A stretch of 32,000 nucleotides of DNA, taken from the NCBI RefSeq assembly GCF_000023965.1, contig NC_013202.1:2370001-2402000 (forward strand). Reading direction: 5' to 3'. Below, in pieces: positions 17,840-24,609 of the stretch (the first letter of the stretch is position 1; each line of letters opens with the position of its first letter). Both the position numbers and the translations under genes were made by a program. Below the pieces are notes generated by a model. The model was not told the DNA's origin, did no database searches, and worked only from the letters and a program-made list of their open reading frames with translations. Origin of the DNA: Halomicrobium mukohataei DSM 12286 (GTDB lineage Archaea > Halobacteriota > Halobacteria > Halobacteriales > Haloarculaceae).

Positions 17840-18272
17840 GGTAGTGTTCAGATAAGAGATCGAGAGTAGCATCGTCGAGGCACCGAAAGCCCTCGTGCAG
17901 TTGCGGTCCCGCGGCTCGCTGCGCGCGCTCCGCGTGCTTGCCGAGAGGGACTCTCCGAGTCCCTCTGGCCGTGCGAACGGGCGCTTTGCGCCCGTGAGCA
18001 GACTTTGCCGGGGTTCCCGCAAGGGCCGGCCGGTGGACCCGGCCGGCTATAACGTGACGGCTCCGCCGTCACGCAGCACTCGCCCTTTCATCCGCCAAGT
18101 TTCAGACGGTGAACCAGCCGATTCCTGGTGGATGAAAGGGCGAGGTGCGGTCGGCGGTTCTGCGGCGGCACTATCGAACGCAGTGAAGATATCCGCCACA
18201 GAACCGCCGAGCGTGCCGAGGGCTTTCGGTGTCTATATGTCAGTCAGTGCTGCTGCTTATCTGAACACCGCC
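17840..18272. mobile_element. 433-bp non-coding MITE-like element: 17-bp imperfect TIRs, 8-bp target-site duplication, highly structured interior
   Basis: The left TIR is GGTAGTGTTCAGATAAG (17840-17856). The reverse complement of the right TIR is GGCGGTGTTCAGATAAG (18256-18272), a 15/17 match with 13 contiguous. The direct repeats GCCGAGCC at 17832-17839 and 18273-18280 abut both ends. No plausible ORF is present, since the internal ORFs are Arg/Ser/Pro-rich. Confidence 0.7.
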
Positions 18273-18319
18273 GCCGAGCCCTGGCCACCGCGGTCGTCAC
18301 GAACGCGCGGCCGACGGCG

Positions 18320-19366
18320 TCACCAGGTGCCGTGGAAGGTGTCGAAGGCGAGTTCCTCCAGGTCCTCCTCGCCGATTGCGATGCGGTACTCCTGGGGCGT
18401 CAGCATCGGCTTCTTGAACTGCGGGCCGTCGTCGGTCGTGATCCGCGGGCACCCCGTGTTGACGTAGGCGTCCATCCCGAAGTTCGTCAGTCGATCCGGC
18501 GTCACCTCGTCCATCGTGATGAGGTAGGCGTCGTCGTTGTTCTCGACGATCTCGGTCGCCTGGTCCCAGCGACCCTGTCCGATCTTCGTACAGAAGATGA
18601 CGCCCCACCGCTCGGCGTCCATCGCCTTGTGGACCGAGGCGTACCGCTGTTTCATGAACTTCTCCGTGTCGGCGACGTGGACGGCGTTGTTGACCGGATC
18701 GGCGATGACGACCTTCTTGTCGGGGTGTTCCATCGCCAGCCCGAGCGGGTGGAACTTGCCACCGCCGACGTAGAGGATCTGGTCGGCGTCGACCTCGGCG
18801 CTGGCGTAGTTGCACCCGAGCACCTGTCCCTCGTGGGTCAGTCGCTCGTCGCCCTTGCGGGTGTGGACCTCGTAGTCGCGTTCTTCGAGCCAGCCGCGCA
18901 TCTCGTCGAACTTGTTCATGTGCTGGGCCGTCGTCACGAGCCCGACCTCGGGGTCCTCGTCGGGAGCGGGAAGCTCCGATTCGAGGGCCTGCTCCATGAT
19001 CGGGAACACGTCGACGTTCGAGAACAGCGGCACGTAGATGATCTTGTCCGACTCCTTCATCGGGGAGTGGCCGAAGTGAACGAACACGTCGGTCCGGCGC
19101 ATCAGGTACGTGTCCAGGTCGCAGGCACCGTAACAGGGCTGGCCCGAGATCATCACCTGCGTGTCGTCTGGCAGTTCGTCCCGAAGGTCGTCGGCGACGG
19201 CTGGTCCGCGGCGCTTCAGCCCTTCCGGGAACTGGAGGCCGACGGTCTCTGCGTCGCGGTCGGCGACTTCCTCGACGATGCGGTCGAGTTCGTAGTCCCA
19301 CTCGCGGTCGTGCTTGAGAGCGAGCCCAGTCGCCCGGAGATCCCCCTCGCTGCGGTCCTGACTCAT
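18320..19366 (-). CDS. dph2: diphthamide synthesis radical-SAM enzyme Dph2 (2-(3-amino-3-carboxypropyl)histidine synthase)
   Basis: The product has Dph1/Dph2-family sequence throughout (GLQFPEGLKRRGP...SGQPCYGACD...FVHFGHSPM...GCNYASA...VNTGCPRI). I moved the start to MSQDRSEG (19366) because the TTGTTATAC box lies inside the first codons of the longer track ORF. Confidence 0.9.
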   Translation of the reverse strand: MSQDRSEGDLRATGLALKHDREWDYELDRIVEEVADRDAETVGLQFPEGLKRRGPAVADDLRDELPDDTQVMISGQPCYGACDLDTYLMRRTDVFVHFGHSPMKESDKIIYVPLFSNVDVFPIMEQALESELPAPDEDPEVGLVTTAQHMNKFDEMRGWLEERDYEVHTRKGDERLTHEGQVLGCNYASAEVDADQILYVGGGKFHPLGLAMEHPDKKVVIADPVNNAVHVADTEKFMKQRYASVHKAMDAERWGVIFCTKIGQGRWDQATEIVENNDDAYLITMDEVTPDRLTNFGMDAYVNTGCPRITTDDGPQFKKPMLTPQEYRIAIGEEDLEELAFDTFHGTW

Positions 19367-19390
19367 TGGACCGCCGTAGCGCCTCGGCGC

Positions 19391-19399
19391 GTATAACAA
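19391..19399 (-). promoter_or_regulatory. TATA-like box (TTGTTATAC on the minus strand) for a leaderless dph2 transcript
   Basis: This AT-rich 9-mer is centred about 29 nt upstream of the ATG at 19366. Confidence 0.45.
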
Positions 19400-19447
19400 G
19401 CGCGCTTCCAGACGGTATCCCCGGCCACACGGACACAGCCCCGCTCG

Positions 19448-19524
19448 GACGACCCGCTGTCCGTTCGTCGCCGCGTTCGCTACTCGTGGTGGCGAGACGT
19501 GTGACAGACGGACAGCGTCCCGTA
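19448..19524. repeat. 77-nt palindromic element, subfamily 2 (copy I, diverged)
   Basis: It has 10-bp arms CGCTGTCCGT (19455-19464) / ACGGACAGCG (19508-19517). It aligns with copy B2 (CTGTCC.GT.CGT...CG.TTCGC.AC.CG.TG.TGGCGA...ACAG..GGACAG) and is the same 77-nt length as B2 and C. Confidence 0.65.
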
Positions 19525-19602
19525 CGAAGTATCGTAGATCGTTACCGGATCGATCTCACGATGGCGTGGGCTCGACCGGACAGACGGCGACGACACTCCG
19601 CC

Positions 19603-19737
19603 TCAGGACTCGTCGAGGAGAAGCTCCTGTGTGGCGTCGTCGACCGACGCCAGTCGATCCGCGATCCGGTCACCGAACGCGACGAATCCGAAGGCCAGAA
19701 CGGCGAGCATCGCGCCACCGACGAGTGTCAATGCCAT
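19603..19737 (-). CDS. possible 44-aa small membrane protein (below the ORF-track length cut-off)
   Basis: It translates to MALTLVGGAMLAVLAFGFVAFGDRIADRLASVDDATQELLLDES: one hydrophobic helix plus an acidic tail, with an ATG start and GC3-rich codons. Confidence 0.4.
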   Translation of the reverse strand: MALTLVGGAMLAVLAFGFVAFGDRIADRLASVDDATQELLLDES

Positions 19738-19825
19738 ACACTGGCTTACCGCTCTACCCCCAAAAGCCTGCTCCCCCGGTGGCGGTTCGGCAACTCTTTA
19801 GGCGGCCAGCACCAAGGACGGAGAG

Positions 19826-20224
19826 ATGAGCATCGAGTCCGAGACCTCCGATTCGGCCGTCGACAGCCACGTCGAAGAGATCGCCGCCGAGTTCGGCGAC
19901 GCGATCACACAGCTACCGGTGTACCAGCGCTTCGCCGAAGCCAAAACGGCCGTCGAGAACGACGAACAGGCCCAGGAGAAGATCGAGGAGTTCGAGTCCA
20001 TTCGCGAGGAGTTCATGCTCGCACGCCAGACCGGACAGGCCGACCAGGAAGCGCTCAGAGAGCTCCAGGCCGCACAGGAAGAGCTCCACGACCTGCCGGT
20101 GATGAGCGAGTACCTCGAAGTGCAGAGCGAACTCGAACTGCGTCTGCAGGAACTCAACGAAGTCGTCTCCGAGCAGCTCGTCGTCGACTTCGGCGAGAAG
20201 GCCGGCGGCTGCTGCGAGGACTGA
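19826..20224 (+). CDS. YlbF/YmcA-like helical protein with C-terminal Cys-Cys
   Basis: The 132-aa product is an acidic helical protein (PVYQRFAEAKTAVENDEQAQEKIEEFESIREEF...) that resembles the YlbF family. It ends in GGCCED. Confidence 0.6.
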   Translation: MSIESETSDSAVDSHVEEIAAEFGDAITQLPVYQRFAEAKTAVENDEQAQEKIEEFESIREEFMLARQTGQADQEALRELQAAQEELHDLPVMSEYLEVQSELELRLQELNEVVSEQLVVDFGEKAGGCCED

Positions 20225-20303
20225 TACGGTTTCTTGTAGTTGCTTACCGGTGATCGTCGCCACGGAGTAGACGATCACCGGTAAATCGCTACAATAATCC
20301 GTA
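20225..20303. repeat. 79-nt palindromic element, subfamily 1 (copy A, best preserved)
   Basis: The outer arms TACGGTTTCTTGTAG / CTACAATAATCCGTA pair at 13 of 15 positions. The inner arms TTACCGGTGATCGTC / GACGATCACCGGTAA pair at 15 of 15, with an 11-nt loop. It is flanked by TGA (20222-20224, the stop codon of the upstream gene) and TGA (20304-20306). Confidence 0.9.
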
Positions 20304-20649
20304 TGACGCCGCGGCTCGCGATCGTGTCGCTGCTTTCTTCGCGGAGTGACGACGGCGACCGACGGCCGGCGAGTAGCGCGTCGGCGGGCCGCCAGTATCG
20401 TCGGCTGGTCCCGGTGTCGTCGTCCGAAGTCTGCCGCCATTCGTGCTATCAGAGTCTGAAATGGGGCGCGAAGGTCGCTGCTACTGGCGTTCGTCGGGGG
20501 CGTCGCGAACAGCCACTCCCCGGGCCACAGGTGGGCTTGAGGCGTCTGGAAACCGCCACAGTTCCCGAATACAGAACCTGATAATTCGGCGCGTAGTCTT
20601 ATTACCGAGTAGTGGCCACCGGTAGACAAGCGGAGCGAGTACTATTCAA

Positions 20650-21321
20650 ATGCAACAGAGTTGGCAACGCGACCGAGCGGGTGACCGCGGTCAGGTCGGG
20701 ATCGGGACGCTGATCGTGTTCATCGCGATGGTCCTCGTCGCGGCGATCGCGGCGGGCGTACTGATCAACACCGCGGGCTTTCTCCAGACGAACGCAGAAC
20801 AGAGCGGCCAACAGAGCAGCCAACAGGTGACCAACCGCCTCCAGGTCGTCGACATCGCCGGGTCTGACATCGTGAAAGACGGCGAGGGCTTCGAGGTGAC
20901 GACGGTCGACGTGACCGTCAAGCGAGCGCCGGGCTCGGGCAACGTGGACCTGTCGACGACGACCGCCCAGTGGGTCTCGTCGGGCGGCAGCTACAACGTC
21001 CTCAGCTACACGGCGGCCGAGGGATCGGGCGGATCAAGTGGTGACGCCGGGTTCATCACGTCGACGCTGCAGGACGACGACGGCTCGATCTCGAACAGCA
21101 ACGCCCTCAACGACCAGGCCGACCGGGCGATCATCAGATTCCAGACCGACTCGGTTCCCACCAGCGAAGAGGAAGACGACCTGAACGGGAAGCTCGTCAG
21201 CGGGGACCTCACCGAGGGATCGTCCGCCGAGATCAGGCTGACCACCCAGGCCGGCGGCGAGACGACCGCCACGGTCGTCGTGCCCGAGTCTCTCTCGGGC
21301 AAGTCCGCCGTCTCGCTCTAG
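20650..21321 (+). CDS. archaellin (archaeal flagellin)
   Basis: It has the hallmark N-terminus [34 protein letters not shown], followed by a Ser/Thr/Gly/Asp-rich variable domain. Confidence 0.9.
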   Translation: MQQSWQRDRAGDRGQVGIGTLIVFIAMVLVAAIAAGVLINTAGFLQTNAEQSGQQSSQQVTNRLQVVDIAGSDIVKDGEGFEVTTVDVTVKRAPGSGNVDLSTTTAQWVSSGGSYNVLSYTAAEGSGGSSGDAGFITSTLQDDDGSISNSNALNDQADRAIIRFQTDSVPTSEEEDDLNGKLVSGDLTEGSSAEIRLTTQAGGETTATVVVPESLSGKSAVSL

Positions 21322-21373
21322 GCCGTCGCCCGCTTTCGCAAGGACTTAGCGGCCGCTCGCGACACGTTCAACC

Positions 21374-22207
21374 ATGACTGTCGACTCCGACTGGGGCGAC
21401 TGGCTCGTTCGCGCGGTCGAAGACGCGGATCCCGACGGACTCGCGATCTGGTACCTCGGCTGTAACGGCTTCGTACTCAAGTCCAGCGGCGGCTCGGTCG
21501 TCTACGTCGACCCGTATCTGGGTATCGGCGATCCGCCACGGACGGTCCGGATGATCCCCGTCCCGTTCGATCCCGACGACGTGCGCGAGGCGGACGCGGT
21601 CCTCGCGACCCACGAACACACGGATCACACGCACGGGCCGAGCCAGGCACCGATCCTCGCCGGTACGGGAGCCACGTTCTACGGCACCGACGCGAGCCAC
21701 GACGTGGTCTCGGCCGAAAACTGGACCGAGACGTGGGACGTCGACGACGAACAGCTCCGCGAGATCGGCGAAGGGGACACCTTCGAGGTCGGTGATCTCA
21801 CCGTCCACGTCGAACCCGCCAACGATCCCGACGCCGACCACCCCGTCTCGTACGTCTTCGAACACGACGCGGGGACGTTCTTCCACGGCGGCGACGCACG
21901 GCCCGGCGCGTTCGAGTCCGTCGGCGAGTCCTACGACATCGACGTGGGCGTCCTCGCGTTCGGTACCGTCGGGATGATCCCCGACAAGGAGACCCGCGAA
22001 CCCGAACGCACGAAGTGGTACAACGACGAGAACATGATCGTCGAAGCCGCGAACGAACTCCAGCTCGAGACGCTCGTCCCGACCCACTGGGACATGTGGA
22101 AGGGCATGACGACGGAGCCGACGGTGCTGCACAACCACGTCAACAGCTTCCCCGCACCGGCGATCCTCGACATCGTCGAGATCGGCGATCGGATCGACCT
22201 GGAGTGA
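21374..22207 (+). CDS. MBL-fold metallo-hydrolase (UlaG-like)
   Basis: It has the HEHTDHTHG (HxHxDH) motif and downstream His/Asp ligands. Confidence 0.85.
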   Translation: MTVDSDWGDWLVRAVEDADPDGLAIWYLGCNGFVLKSSGGSVVYVDPYLGIGDPPRTVRMIPVPFDPDDVREADAVLATHEHTDHTHGPSQAPILAGTGATFYGTDASHDVVSAENWTETWDVDDEQLREIGEGDTFEVGDLTVHVEPANDPDADHPVSYVFEHDAGTFFHGGDARPGAFESVGESYDIDVGVLAFGTVGMIPDKETREPERTKWYNDENMIVEAANELQLETLVPTHWDMWKGMTTEPTVLHNHVNSFPAPAILDIVEIGDRIDLE

Positions 22208-22247
22208 ACTGACAGTTCAAAGAAGTAATAAGGCAGGCAATACGTAT

Positions 22248-22257
22248 CTTTAATATT
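22248..22257 (+). promoter_or_regulatory. TATA-like box CTTTAATATT for the 22280 gene
   Basis: This is the most AT-rich stretch of the intergenic region, centred about 28 nt upstream of the ATG at 22280. Confidence 0.45.
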
Positions 22258-22279
22258 CTCGCTCGACGCTATTCGAGAC

Positions 22280-23470
22280 ATGAGTGACTCTCAGGCGTAC
22301 GAGGAGATTACCGTGGTCTCTGATGGGGTGACCGTCACCAAACGGTACGAGGCCGACGAGTTCCCGGTGCCTGCCATCGCGTTCAAGTTCGCGTCCAGCC
22401 GGACCGAACCGGTGAGCGTGCGGCTGACCGACGTGGTTCCGGAGGACGTGGCAGTCGAGGATCTGGGCTTTCACCCGGAGTACGGGAGCGAGTTCTGGAC
22501 GATCGACGACGACGAGATCGCCTTCGAGCGTGAACTCGAACCCGAATCGGAGTACACGACGGTGTACGGAATCCGCGCGACCGGCACCGACAACGTCGAG
22601 CAGTTCCTCACCGAACCACAGATCGACCGCATCGACCCGCCGCTGGAAGACGACGGGGGCGAACTCGTCGGCGAAGGATCCGACGCTGTCAAAGACGTGA
22701 TCAGCGGCGACGCCGACAGCGTTCCGGGGCTCGAAGAGTCCGACGACGAGGACATCGAGACCCTCGACCTGAAGGATCCGAACAACGAGGGCCAGCAGCG
22801 CCGTGCCGCCGAACGCACTCCCGAGGAGACGGACGGCGACGCCGAGGAGGCGTCCGAGGACGGATCGGCCCAGCAGGCGGCGAACAACGGGACTGCGAGC
22901 AGCGTCGAAGTCGAGGGCGGGAGTCTCGTCGCCGCGATGGCGAACGAACTCCGGAACAACGAGGTCCGGAAAGAGGACGTCCAGATCCTCCGGAAGGCCT
23001 TCGACCTCGCGAGCGACGACGGCTCCGTGACGGCCCGGCTCGACAAGCTCCAGAAAGACGTCTCCGACGTCGTCGCGTACACCGACGCACTCGAAGAGTT
23101 CCTCGACGAGAACGGCACCGGCGAACAGCTCATCGACGAGTTCGAGTCCGAGGTCGAGCAGTTCCGCTCCGAAGTCGAGGAGTTCGAGTCCGAACTGGCA
23201 TCGGTCAAGTCGACGGCCGCCGAGAACGGCGCTCAGATCGACGGACTCGCCGACGGAGTCGAGCAGATCGACGAGAGTGTCGACGACGTGACAGACGACG
23301 TATCGGAGCTGGAGTCGACCCTCGACGGCGTCCAGGACGACCTCGAAGAGATCCGCGAGGAGATGGCCGATGCGGGCGTCGAGAGCCAGATCGAAGAGAT
23401 CGACGAGGAGATTGCCGAGCTCAAAGAGTGGCGCGAACAGCTCTCGTCGGTCATCGGTGGCGGCGACTGA
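22280..23470 (+). CDS. very acidic protein: about 120-aa N-terminal globular domain, low-complexity acidic linker, long C-terminal coiled coil
   Basis: The 396-aa product has strong codon bias. Heptad-like repeats (EFESEVEQFRSEVEEFESELASV...LESTLDGVQDDLEEIREEM) are present. I recognised no family. Confidence 0.75.
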   Translation: MSDSQAYEEITVVSDGVTVTKRYEADEFPVPAIAFKFASSRTEPVSVRLTDVVPEDVAVEDLGFHPEYGSEFWTIDDDEIAFERELEPESEYTTVYGIRATGTDNVEQFLTEPQIDRIDPPLEDDGGELVGEGSDAVKDVISGDADSVPGLEESDDEDIETLDLKDPNNEGQQRRAAERTPEETDGDAEEASEDGSAQQAANNGTASSVEVEGGSLVAAMANELRNNEVRKEDVQILRKAFDLASDDGSVTARLDKLQKDVSDVVAYTDALEEFLDENGTGEQLIDEFESEVEQFRSEVEEFESELASVKSTAAENGAQIDGLADGVEQIDESVDDVTDDVSELESTLDGVQDDLEEIREEMADAGVESQIEEIDEEIAELKEWREQLSSVIGGGD

Positions 23471-23579
23471 CGCGACCGGTCGCGTCCCGCCCACTCCGGG
23501 GCAGAGATATGTCGACACGGAGACACTCGCCCGTGTGAAACCGGACTCGTTTTACTCCCCCATCGTCTGTGCCATCGTA

Positions 23580-24476
23580 ATGACGACGATCAGCGTGGCC
23601 GTTCCACGCAAGGGTCGCCCGCTGGAGGCCGTGCTCGAACGGCTGGCGACGACGGCAGCGTTCACCGAGATCGCCGACGACGTGATCTCGACGCTGCGCT
23701 ACGAGAAGGCCATCACGAAGGACGACGCCACACCCGACGCGCCGGTGTACGATCGTCTCGCGGCGTACAGCGACCTCGACGACCCGACCAGACCCGAGTA
23801 CACGCTCTTGCGAGACGACCGCGAGGGGATGCCCCGACGCGTCGTCTTCGACAGCCTGACGGTCCCGGTCGACGGGATCGACCTGCGTCTGGTCGGTCGA
23901 GAGGAGCCGTTTCGGTCGCTGCGCAAACACGAGTTCGCGCTGGGCTTCGACAGTGCCGACCTCGTCCTCGAAGAGGTCGTGCAGCTGCGGGACGATCCCC
24001 TGACCGAGATCGCGGCCATCAACGAGCGGATCGATCCGGTCGACACGGACGTTCGCGTCGTCACCGGGATGGGTGATACGGTGTATCACACGCTGCTCGG
24101 AACGCCAGCGGTGCGCAAGTCGCTCCCACACGATCTCTCCCGCGAGTTTCTCTCGGCCTACGAGGGCGATCTCTGTATCTCGCCGCGCTACGAGCGGCTG
24201 GTCGAGGCCGTCATCGGCACGGACGCCCTGCGAGACATCGAGTTCGTCTACCCCGAGAACGGACGGGAAGAGGAGGCCGCCATCGCCGAGGCCGGGCTGG
24301 GCGTCTACCTCACCGTGACCGGTTCGACCGCCCGCGACCACGGGCTCGAACTGGGAGAGCAGCTGTTCCCCAGCGAGACTGTCCTGCTGGAGAACCGCTC
24401 GGAGGTCGGCGACGGCGTCGATCGGGTCACGGAGCTGTTCGCTGCGCCCGACGAGTCCGTCCTGGCGCTCCAGTAG
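23580..24476 (+). CDS. HisG-like protein (ATP phosphoribosyltransferase fold paralog, no C-terminal regulatory domain)
   Basis: The N-terminus ISVAVPRKGRPLEAVLERL and the loop YLTVTGSTARDHGLELGEQLFPSETVLLEN resemble HisG motifs. The ATG at 23580 lies about 27 nt downstream of GTTTTACT. The upstream part of the track ORF overlaps the previous gene. Confidence 0.55.
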   Translation: MTTISVAVPRKGRPLEAVLERLATTAAFTEIADDVISTLRYEKAITKDDATPDAPVYDRLAAYSDLDDPTRPEYTLLRDDREGMPRRVVFDSLTVPVDGIDLRLVGREEPFRSLRKHEFALGFDSADLVLEEVVQLRDDPLTEIAAINERIDPVDTDVRVVTGMGDTVYHTLLGTPAVRKSLPHDLSREFLSAYEGDLCISPRYERLVEAVIGTDALRDIEFVYPENGREEEAAIAEAGLGVYLTVTGSTARDHGLELGEQLFPSETVLLENRSEVGDGVDRVTELFAAPDESVLALQ

Positions 24477-24609
24477 CGGTCCCGCGGTGACATCGGTGTC
24501 AGCACAGACCTTTGACCCTCGGCGACCTACGTCGCCGTATCCGTCACCGCGACGGCACCACCATGTCACGACACAGAACCACGCCGACACGGACAGCCGG
24601 GGCCGACAG

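Noticed and set aside
17840-18272. I considered whether this is the RNase P RNA gene, given its length of about 430 nt, paired ends, GC-rich multi-helix fold, and motifs ACAGAACCGCCG and GGATGAAAGGGCG that loosely resemble CR-V and CR-II.
   Set aside because: Neither strand contains the near-invariant GGAAAGTCC (CR-I). The candidate P4-like helix is perfectly paired without the conserved bulged U. ACAGAA is not followed by a GGCTTA-type strand and lies inside a local hairpin. The 8-bp flanking direct repeat plus GG-initiated inverted ends fit a mobile element better. A cmscan with Rfam RNase P models would settle this.
17840-18272. I considered whether this is the SRP (7S) RNA gene.
   Set aside because: There is no GGAAG / AGCA helix-8 motif on either strand, and the length exceeds the roughly 300 nt typical of archaeal SRP RNA.
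20303-20581. A 92-aa ORF starts at the right end of palindromic element A.
   Set aside because: It has basic Arg/Ser-rich composition, its ATG is formed by the element/flank junction (CCGTA|TGA), and no promoter is visible. The region is more likely the non-coding upstream region of the archaellin gene.
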